Origin: Anaerolineales bacterium
Lineage (GTDB): Bacteria; Chloroflexota; Anaerolineae; Anaerolineales; DRMV01
Assembly: GCA_027023425.1 (NCBI GenBank)
Contig: JALVVL010000012.1
Location: 68,285-132,284 of the forward strand
DNA: 64,000 bases
Direction: 5' to 3'
The notes under the pieces: generated by a model
The model's input: only the letters and a program-made list of their open reading frames with translations
What the model was told of the DNA's origin: nothing
Databases searched by the model: none
Translations under genes and position numbers: made by a program
Part shown: in pieces, positions 52,331-59,016 of the stretch
Position numbering within the stretch: the stretch's first letter is position 1
Layout: every line of letters starts with the position of its first letter

Positions 52331-53017
52331 CTAATCCAACATCTTTTGGCGTAGGGTTTCAAGGTGCGCGGCGAGTTGCCCCAACCGCGTCCTGTGCCAA
52401 AGCAGGTCGGCAAACAGAACGGTGTAGGTGAACAGGCTGAACATGAAAACGGTCTTCATCCGCGGCGAAAGTTGCGCTTTTGTGCTCGTGATCACCACCG
52501 GATGGATGCTCTGGAACAGCCGTATTGAGAAGAAAGTCAACGGCACGCTCAGAAAACCCACGATCGCGTAAACTGCGGCGTAGCGGGCGCGCCTGCCGGG
52601 GTCGTCAATACCCTGCCGCAGTAGAAAGTAAGCGATGTAAATCAAAACCATGATGGTCACGGTTACCAAGCGGGCGTCCCAAGTCCACCACGTGTTCCAA
52701 ATCGGGCGCGCCCAAATTGAGCCCGTCACAATACCAATGAGCGAAAACACCAAGCCGATCTCCACCGCCGCGACCTCAAGCACATCCCAAAAGCGCGTGC
52801 CCTTCACCAAATAAACCGCGCCGGCAACCGCCGCGACCAAAAACCCCAGCATCCCAACCCAGTTTGAGGCGACATGGAAGTAAAAAACCTTCTGCACCGC
52901 GCCCATCGTCCGTTCAAGCGGCGCGTAGGCAAAGACCAGCACAGTAGCAACGGCAAGCAAAAGCACAGTCGCCAAGTCTAAAAGCAACAAAGTTTTGGGA
53001 TATTTTTGCATCCTCAC
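52331..53017 (-). CDS. ccmC: Haem exporter protein CcmC
   Basis: W-rich motif WARPIWNTWWTWDARL and six TM helices. Confidence 0.9.
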   Translation of the reverse strand: MRMQKYPKTLLLLDLATVLLLAVATVLVFAYAPLERTMGAVQKVFYFHVASNWVGMLGFLVAAVAGAVYLVKGTRFWDVLEVAAVEIGLVFSLIGIVTGSIWARPIWNTWWTWDARLVTVTIMVLIYIAYFLLRQGIDDPGRRARYAAVYAIVGFLSVPLTFFSIRLFQSIHPVVITSTKAQLSPRMKTVFMFSLFTYTVLFADLLWHRTRLGQLAAHLETLRQKMLD

Positions 53018-53697
53018 TCCTCCACTACGAAATCAAACACCATCAGCGGCACGGCTAAAAACAGCACGTCGTAAGCCAAGAGCAAATTCACCCACGAACT
53101 CACATCTGCCCAAGCAGAACCGGCAAGGAAGGCGGCGCTTCCTTTCACCGCGGCTATCAGCACCGGAATTATCACCGGAAACAGCAACAGCGGCAGGAGC
53201 ATGTCGCGCGTGCGCGCCTGCGCCGCCATCGCCGCGAGCAAAGTACCGACTGCCACATAGCCCACCGAGCCCAAAACCACCATCAGCAACAAGCCGGGGC
53301 GAAAGAGGTTGACATTGTAAAGCGCGCTGTAAATCGGCAACACGACCGCTTCCACAATCAGCATGAAGACCAAATTTGCCAGCATTTTGCCGAAATAAAT
53401 CGCGCTTCGGTCAACCGGCGCGAGCAAAAGCCCATCCAAACAGCCGCGGTCCTGCTCGGTTGCCATTGAACGGTTGAGCCCCAAAGTGCCCGCAAAGATG
53501 AAAGACACCCACAACACGCCGCTGGTGACGCTGGCGCGCGTCTTCGGGTCTAAATCCAGCGCAAAGTTGAACGCCAAAATCACCAGCAGGGCAAAAACCA
53601 GCATGGCGGAAAGGAGTTCCTTGCCGCGCAGTTCGGCGGCTAAATCCTTCCAAAGGATGGCGAGCACCGCGCGCCCAAAGCCCGTGCTTTCTTTCAT
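53014..53697 (-). CDS. ccmB: Haem exporter protein CcmB
   Basis: 227-aa ABC-2-like permease between ccmA and ccmC, with 4-nt overlaps. Confidence 0.85.
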   Translation of the reverse strand: MKESTGFGRAVLAILWKDLAAELRGKELLSAMLVFALLVILAFNFALDLDPKTRASVTSGVLWVSFIFAGTLGLNRSMATEQDRGCLDGLLLAPVDRSAIYFGKMLANLVFMLIVEAVVLPIYSALYNVNLFRPGLLLMVVLGSVGYVAVGTLLAAMAAQARTRDMLLPLLLFPVIIPVLIAAVKGSAAFLAGSAWADVSSWVNLLLAYDVLFLAVPLMVFDFVVEE

Positions 53698-54434
53698 CTC
53701 TCCGCCTCCGCCGAAGCAAGCGCCCCGCGGTAAAAATCTAGCAATTCGGCGTCGGAAATTTCGCCGCGCCCCGCCGAAGCCGCGATTTTCCCGCGCGCCA
53801 GCACATCAAACCGCGAAGCCAGCAGTGCGGCTTTGCTCAAATCGTGCGAAGTGAGCACCACCGTGCGCTTTTGGGTTGAAACGCGCGCCAAAATCTCATC
53901 CAGCATCGCTGCGGCATCTTGGTCAAGCCCCGTGTAAGGCTCATCCAAAAGCAACACATCGGGGTCGGGAAGCAGGGCGCGGGCGATTGCTAAGCGCTGT
54001 TGCATCCCGCGGGAATAGGTGCGCACCAAATCTCGGCGATGGCGGTACATGCCCACCATTTTCAACACCGCCGCAATGCGCTCATTGGCATCGGGCAGGG
54101 AATAGAGGCGGGCGTAAAAGCGCAAATTTTCTTCGCCGCTTAGGTCGCCGTAAAGCAAAGGCTGGTGCGAAACAAACCCTAAGCGCCTGCGCACTGCCGT
54201 CGCCTGCTGGGGCAAGCGATGCCCCTTCACGCGCACATCGCCGGCACTGGGGCGGCTCAGCGAAGCCAAAATGCGCAAAAAAGTGGTCTTGCCCGCGCCG
54301 TTTGGTCCGAGCAAGGCCACAAATTCGCCCTCCTCGGCCTGAAAATCCATGCCTTTGAGCACGGTTTTTATGCCAAAGCGCTTCACCAAGCCACGCACGG
54401 CAATAACCGGGGCGCTTGAAGGCGTTGTGGTCAT
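53694..54434 (-). CDS. ccmA: Cytochrome c biogenesis ABC ATPase CcmA
   Basis: GPNGAGKTT, YSRGMQQRLAIA and LLLDEPYTGLD. Confidence 0.85.
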   Translation of the reverse strand: MTTTPSSAPVIAVRGLVKRFGIKTVLKGMDFQAEEGEFVALLGPNGAGKTTFLRILASLSRPSAGDVRVKGHRLPQQATAVRRRLGFVSHQPLLYGDLSGEENLRFYARLYSLPDANERIAAVLKMVGMYRHRRDLVRTYSRGMQQRLAIARALLPDPDVLLLDEPYTGLDQDAAAMLDEILARVSTQKRTVVLTSHDLSKAALLASRFDVLARGKIAASAGRGEISDAELLDFYRGALASAEAER

Positions 54435-56311
54435 TCCGCCTGCTCCTCTCCGACATCCAGCAGAGCCTTCAAGCGGGCTTTGAGTTCGGCGCGGCGCTTG
54501 TGGTATGCCTCTTCGTCTAATTTGCCCTGCTTGTAAAGGTCATCAAGTGCGAGGATGGCATCCATCAGCATTTCGGGGTTTTCGTATTCGGCGGAAGGGG
54601 CTTCCTCCGCCGCGGCGAGCCGGTTGCGGCGGGTGAGCACCACAGCCGCCACAATCAGCGCTATCCCAAGCGCAACCAATCCCAAAGCAAGGTTGCGGCG
54701 CGCCCCCGTGGGCATTTTCAACCCTTTCTTGGCGCGGCTGAGGCTAAATTGCAAACTCTCTCCTTGCTTGATGGGCGGTGTGATGTAGATGTGGTAATTG
54801 TTGCCCTGCTCATCCCTTTGCACGCCGTTATCCTGAAGCAAGTCGCCGCGGATGTTGACCTCGCCTTCCGGCGCCATCAGCACTGCTGAATCCACGGGCA
54901 AGGGGAATGAATGCGAAATTTTTACGGTTTTGCCCTCGGCAGGCAAAATGTAGCCAAACACCTCTTGCATTTGGGATTGGGCATAAATCGGCGCAGTGTC
55001 GCCGAAGCCGCTGTCGGTTTGGATGTAGCGATTTTTGAAATTCCCGCTCTGGAATTGGAGGTGGGTTGCGCCGGCGGGCAGTTCAAAGGAAAGGACCGGT
55101 TCGCCTTTCTTCTCGGCTACCACAGTTTTATCGCCGTTGTTGGCAATGAGGTACATCTCAATGATTTGGTAGGCGTTTTCGCCCGCGGGTTCAATGAAGA
55201 AATGCAAGCGCTCAATCTTCAGGGCGCTTTTATCGGTTGTGCTTTCGTAAATCACAAGCGGAAGGTCTAAAGTGGAGGTATCGTGCTGGCGCACAATGGC
55301 ATGTGAGCCGTAAGTTACCCCTTCGTAGGTGGTGCTCACAAAAAATAGCCTACTGGGGGAATTGGGCACATTTTCAAACCTAAATTTGCCGTTTTCATCG
55401 GCTTTTGTTTTCAAGTCCACCACTTTGTTGGGGTTGCTGGCGGCATCATCATAGCCCTGTAATTCCACCTCTATGCCGGGGGGCACTTTGGCGTTTGCCG
55501 TGCCGTTGGTGACGGTGCCGGTTATGGTTATCGTAGCGCCCGCGGGTGTGCCCGAAGGTGTTTGCCCGGGGGCGGGTTGTGTGCCTGATGCCGTTGGGGT
55601 TGCGTTTTGGGACTGTTCGGCTTCTGCACCAAGTGCCTCTTGGCGGGCAAATGAGAGCATTCGGATGTAGGAAGCCAGCGCGAGCCGGTCTTCTTTGCTC
55701 AAGCCGCTGTAAACGTCGGTAGGATGCTGTTTGCCAGTAATGGCGTTGGCAATTTCCTCATCCGAAAGGTTTGCCATGCGCTTTTGGTCGGTGAGGTTTT
55801 TGCCCTTGCCATCTTTGCCGTGGCAGGCAACGCAACGCTGGGCGTAGAGGCTTTTGCCTTTTTCCAGTTTCTGAGGCGAAACGCTGAAGGTGTAAACATA
55901 AGCAAGCACATCCCAGCGCTGGCGCTCGGTTAGTTTGCCCGCGAAGGGAGGCATCCCATCCTCTTCCTTACCGTGGGTGAGCACCAAAAAGCGCTTGATG
56001 GGAGCGTCCTCTTGCACTTCTTCGGCGGAAGCCAGCGCTGCGGGTGTAATGCCTAACTCCGCCGCTTTAGGTCCATCGCCCATCGCCCGCGGCCCGTGGC
56101 ACTGCTCGCATTCCTGCTGGTAAATTTGCTCACCGATTACGGGGTCGGGTGGAATTGCAGGGTAAAGGTTGGCGGTGTTGGGCGTAGGCGGCGCGGCGGT
56201 CGGATGCCAGCCGGGCGGCGGCGTAATATCTGCCGCGAGGTTAAATCCGCACGCAGTGGTGGTTAGAGCAAGCAAAATGAGCACGAGAATGATGACAAAA
56301 CTTCTACGCAT
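54431..56311 (-). CDS. Lipoprotein dihaem c-type cytochrome fused to a beta-rich ectodomain, a TM helix and a CcmI-like cytoplasmic helix
   Basis: Lipobox TTACG. CEQCH and CVACH. A CarboxypepD_reg-like segment ITGTVTNGTANAKVPPGIEVELQG...NGKFRFENVP. TM segment LALGLVALGIALIVAAVVL. Tail LDDLYKQGKLDEEAYHKRRAELKARL. The stop overlaps the ccmA start. Confidence 0.65.
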   Translation of the reverse strand: MRRSFVIILVLILLALTTTACGFNLAADITPPPGWHPTAAPPTPNTANLYPAIPPDPVIGEQIYQQECEQCHGPRAMGDGPKAAELGITPAALASAEEVQEDAPIKRFLVLTHGKEEDGMPPFAGKLTERQRWDVLAYVYTFSVSPQKLEKGKSLYAQRCVACHGKDGKGKNLTDQKRMANLSDEEIANAITGKQHPTDVYSGLSKEDRLALASYIRMLSFARQEALGAEAEQSQNATPTASGTQPAPGQTPSGTPAGATITITGTVTNGTANAKVPPGIEVELQGYDDAASNPNKVVDLKTKADENGKFRFENVPNSPSRLFFVSTTYEGVTYGSHAIVRQHDTSTLDLPLVIYESTTDKSALKIERLHFFIEPAGENAYQIIEMYLIANNGDKTVVAEKKGEPVLSFELPAGATHLQFQSGNFKNRYIQTDSGFGDTAPIYAQSQMQEVFGYILPAEGKTVKISHSFPLPVDSAVLMAPEGEVNIRGDLLQDNGVQRDEQGNNYHIYITPPIKQGESLQFSLSRAKKGLKMPTGARRNLALGLVALGIALIVAAVVLTRRNRLAAAEEAPSAEYENPEMLMDAILALDDLYKQGKLDEEAYHKRRAELKARLKALLDVGEEQAE

Positions 56312-56334
56312 AATAACCTCGGCGAGGAAAGTGA

Positions 56335-56390
56335 TTCAGTGTTTCAGTGTTTCGGTGTTCCAGTGTTCCAGTGTTCCGGTGTTCCAGTGA
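56335..56390. repeat. Tandem 8-bp array x7 (TYCRGTGT)
   Basis: The units in order are TTCAGTGT, TTCAGTGT, TTCGGTGT, TCCAGTGT, TCCAGTGT, TCCGGTGT and TCCAGTGA. The array lies 24-80 nt upstream (minus sense) of the dihaem cytochrome start. Confidence 0.9.
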
Positions 56391-56420
56391 TACAGCGTAC
56401 TCGGCAATCTCCAGAGTTCC

Positions 56421-56482
56421 AATTCCTTAATCCCTTAATCCCTGATTCCTAATTCCTGATTCCTCATTGCCCTCATTCCCTC
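56421..56482. repeat. Tandem 7-9-bp array x8 (AATCCCTN / ATTCCTN)
   Basis: AATTCCTT AATCCCTT AATCCCTG ATTCCTA ATTCCTG ATTCCTC ATTGCCCTC ATTCCCTC. The minus sense reads as repeated GAGGGAAT/AGGAAT. It overlaps the last 3 codons and stop of the 56473-56976 gene. Confidence 0.9.
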
Positions 56483-56976
56483 AACCTCGCACCGCAGCGG
56501 GGGCAGTAGCGGTCGGTTTTGAGGACTGGTGCGCCGCAATGAGGGCAAAATCCGCCTGCTTCGGCTTCGCGCTGGCGCTTGCGCTCGGCGAGCAGGGCTT
56601 CAATTTCGTCATCGGCAACCACCGGGCGACGCACGGCGCGCTCAGCACGTCGCTTGCGGATAAGTTCTTCTAAATTGTCGGATTTAGCCGCTTTGCCGCG
56701 CAAAGCGTCAAGTTCTCGCAAAATCTCAGCGCCGCGCCGCAAAAGTTCCGCGCGGCGCGCTTGGTAAGCGGCTTCGTCCATTTTTCCCATTTCATAGTCA
56801 AAATCTAACTCGGCGATGGCGTCCAAGACCTCCTCGCGCTCGGCCAAAAGCGCCGAAACGCGGCGGTCGCCTGCCGTGGTCAAAGCGTATTTTTCCGGCT
56901 CCAGCAAAGGCCAAGCGACAAACAAGCCGCTCAACAGCGCTAAAGCGAGCACAAACAAAACAGAACCCCAATCCAT
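56473..56976 (-). CDS. CcmI-like N-terminal module fused to a C-terminal zinc ribbon
   Basis: TM segment WGSVLFVLALALLSGLFVAWPLL. Then ELDFDYEMGKMDEAAYQARRAELLRR, which recalls the CcmI cytoplasmic loop. The C-terminus is CPHCGAPVLKTDRYCPRCGARL. Confidence 0.5.
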   Translation of the reverse strand: MDWGSVLFVLALALLSGLFVAWPLLEPEKYALTTAGDRRVSALLAEREEVLDAIAELDFDYEMGKMDEAAYQARRAELLRRGAEILRELDALRGKAAKSDNLEELIRKRRAERAVRRPVVADDEIEALLAERKRQREAEAGGFCPHCGAPVLKTDRYCPRCGARLRE

Positions 56977-56977
56977 T

Positions 56978-57550
56978 TCACTTCTCCAATGCGAGGGAAA
57001 GGGCGCTTAGGATTTCTTGGAGGCTTTGGAAGGGACCGATTTTCTTGTAAGCCAGCCGCCCGTTCCGATCAACAATGTAAGTTTCGGGCACACCGCGCAG
57101 GTGAAAGGTCTGCGCCCAGCGGGTTGCCTTATCCGGCCCGTTTGGGTAAGTGATGCCGTATTTTTTGATGTAAGCGAGCGCGTCGGGGTCGGTATCCACG
57201 TAATCCAAGCCCAAAAAGACCACATCGCCGCGGTCTTTGTACTGCTCCCAAGCCTGCTCCAGCATCACCGCTTCGTCCTTGCAGGTGTTGCACCACGAAG
57301 CCCAGAAGTTTATCAGCACCACTTTGCCGCGCAGGTCGCCCAAGCGGTAGGTGTGCCCTGAAAAATCGGTCATGGTGAGGTCGGGAGGCACTTTGCCGCC
57401 GATGGCAATGCCGCCGCGTTGGGTTTTCACCAATGCAATGCCAATGATCGCGAGCAGGACTAAAAAGCCCCCCCAGACCAAAATTTTGCCCCAAGGCACG
57501 CGCTTGGCGGCTTCGGGCTGTTGGGGTTCCGATTGCGGCAAATCTGACAT
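56978..57550 (-). CDS. ccmG: Thiol:disulfide oxidoreductase, CcmG/DsbE/ResA (TlpA) family
   Basis: TM anchor. Thioredoxin motif FWASWCNTCKDE. GVPETYIVDRNG. Confidence 0.85.
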   Translation of the reverse strand: MSDLPQSEPQQPEAAKRVPWGKILVWGGFLVLLAIIGIALVKTQRGGIAIGGKVPPDLTMTDFSGHTYRLGDLRGKVVLINFWASWCNTCKDEAVMLEQAWEQYKDRGDVVFLGLDYVDTDPDALAYIKKYGITYPNGPDKATRWAQTFHLRGVPETYIVDRNGRLAYKKIGPFQSLQEILSALSLALEK

Positions 57551-57657
57551 GGGTTACCTCCGAGTTCGGCGTCTACGCGAGTGTGGGAGCAATATGCCAT
57601 CTTGGGCTTGTCTTTCCCAAAAGTCGCCGTAGGGCGACTTTGCAGAGAGAGTAGGTG

Positions 57658-57933
57658 CAGTTTCAACTGCCGCCGCTTGCGCCCGGGAGCACTGAAGAGG
57701 TGTTGAAACAGGTACTCACAAGTGTAGAAGCCTCATCCAGCCCTCACCCCACTTTGGCTCGCTGCGCTCGCCGTTTCTCCCCTCTCCCAGCGGGAGAGGG
57801 GAGAAGGCTGCCGTTAGGCGGTTTGAGGGGTGAGAGCGGAGCAAGGCGTTTCTCAACAACCTTTTAGTGCTCCCTTGCGCCCTGCGACTGAAGTCACGGG
57901 CTACAAGTTGCGAAGTCCGCCTGCGTGGATTTT
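57658..57933. repeat. Composite palindromic element(s) in the ccmH-ccmG gap
   Basis: Arms TTGCGCCCGGGAGCACTGAAGAGGTGTTGAAAC (about 57676-57710) and GTTTCTCAACAACCTTTTAGTGCTCCCTTGCGCC (about 57848-57881) are inverted. The central hairpin is TCTCCCCTCTCCC-AGC-GGGAGAGGGGAGA (57776-57804). It is followed by GACTGAAGTC..CGAAGTCCGCCTGCGTGGA. Confidence 0.7.
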
Positions 57934-58028
57934 TGCTCGCACCGCGCCGAAGTGTTTACTCTCGCCTACAGGACAGGTAGGCAGTTACCCAAATTCGGCG
58001 TAAAGCGCCGGCTGGGGTTGCAAAAATC

Positions 58029-58568
58029 CTACCGCCGCGAGCGGAGTTCCTCTTCTAACTTTCGCAGGTACTCATCCTCTTCGGGCTGAGGCGGGGAAGG
58101 CGTTGCGCCCGCGGTGCTTTCGCCTGCGTGGGCTTTGCGCGGCTTGTACCACGCCTTGAGCGAGCGGTAAAGCAAATATAGCCCTGCCAAAATCGCCAGC
58201 GGCGGCACAACGTAGGCCAGCCACCAAAAGCCCTTGCGCGGCGGAGCGGCTAAGACGCGCGCACCGTAGCGCTCAACAAAATACTGCTGAATTTGCTCCT
58301 TTGTCCAGCCCTGTTGCAGTTGCTGGCGGATGAGTTCGCGCCATTGCGCGCAGGCTTTAGTGCCGCACACATCCAACGGCGTGTTTTCGCACACGGGACA
58401 ATAGAGCGTGTGGGCGATTGCGTTGACCTGATCATCGGTGATAACCGGCGTGGCGGTAGGCGCAGGCGAACCGGCAACCGCCGAGAACGACGGCAACGCC
58501 GCCGCGGCTAACGCCACCACTACGGCGGCAAATAAAACCCAAAATTGCCAGCGTTTGAAGGAGTGCAT
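58029..58568 (-). CDS. ccmH: Cytochrome c-type biogenesis protein CcmH/NrfF
   Basis: Signal peptide. LYCPVCENTPLDVC...AQWRELIRQQLQQGWTKEQIQQYFVERYG. A C-terminal TM helix. Confidence 0.85.
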   Translation of the reverse strand: MHSFKRWQFWVLFAAVVVALAAAALPSFSAVAGSPAPTATPVITDDQVNAIAHTLYCPVCENTPLDVCGTKACAQWRELIRQQLQQGWTKEQIQQYFVERYGARVLAAPPRKGFWWLAYVVPPLAILAGLYLLYRSLKAWYKPRKAHAGESTAGATPSPPQPEEDEYLRKLEEELRSRR

Positions 58569-58604
58569 TGTTTTCTCCTACGGTAGGGCAAGTTCGCGTA
58601 TACT

Positions 58605-59002
58605 CACACGGAGAACACGGAGGGCACAGAGAGAAAACCACAGATTACACAGATTGCACAGATTTTTTCTGCAGAGTCTGCGAAATCTGCGGTTTAAACC
58701 ATCCAATCGGTGAAAATCTGTGTCAATCGGTGGATAGTAACGCAGAGACGCAGAGGGAACAGAGGCGCAGAGAGCGCAAAGAAGGGACGCCAAGGGCGCC
58801 AAGGATAAAAACCACAGATTACACAGATTAGCACAGATTTTCCGCGGAATCTGCGAAATCTGCGGTTTCAACCTTTCAATCGGTGAAAATCTGTGTCAAT
58901 CGGTGGACAAAAACCACAGATTACACAGATTTTTTCTGTGGAATCTGCGAAATCTGTGGTCTTGGCAACCAAATCGGTGAAAATCTGTGTCAATCTGTGG
59001 AT
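58605..59002 (+). repeat. Mosaic phased-repeat array L9 (forward)
   Basis: Module order e-A-F-C-E-D-A-F-C-A-F-C. It fills the ccmF-ccmH intercistronic gap. Confidence 0.9.
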
Positions 59003-59016
59003 AACAACTTCTGTAG

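Noticed and set aside
58996-59004. DnaA-box-like 9-mers at the ends of C modules. A perfect TTATCCACA lies on the minus strand at 58996-59004. Near-matches (TTATCCACC, CTATCCACA, TCATCCACA, TTATCCACT) occur at other C-module ends. This raised the idea of an oriC or a DnaA-titrating locus.
   Set aside because: A single perfect 9-mer is expected by chance about once in two strands of 64 kb. The near-matches are just the repeat consensus (GGTGGAT plus a variable flank). No dnaA/dnaN, AT-rich unwinding element or clustered canonical boxes are present. A genome-wide test would be worthwhile, but it is not supportable from this window.
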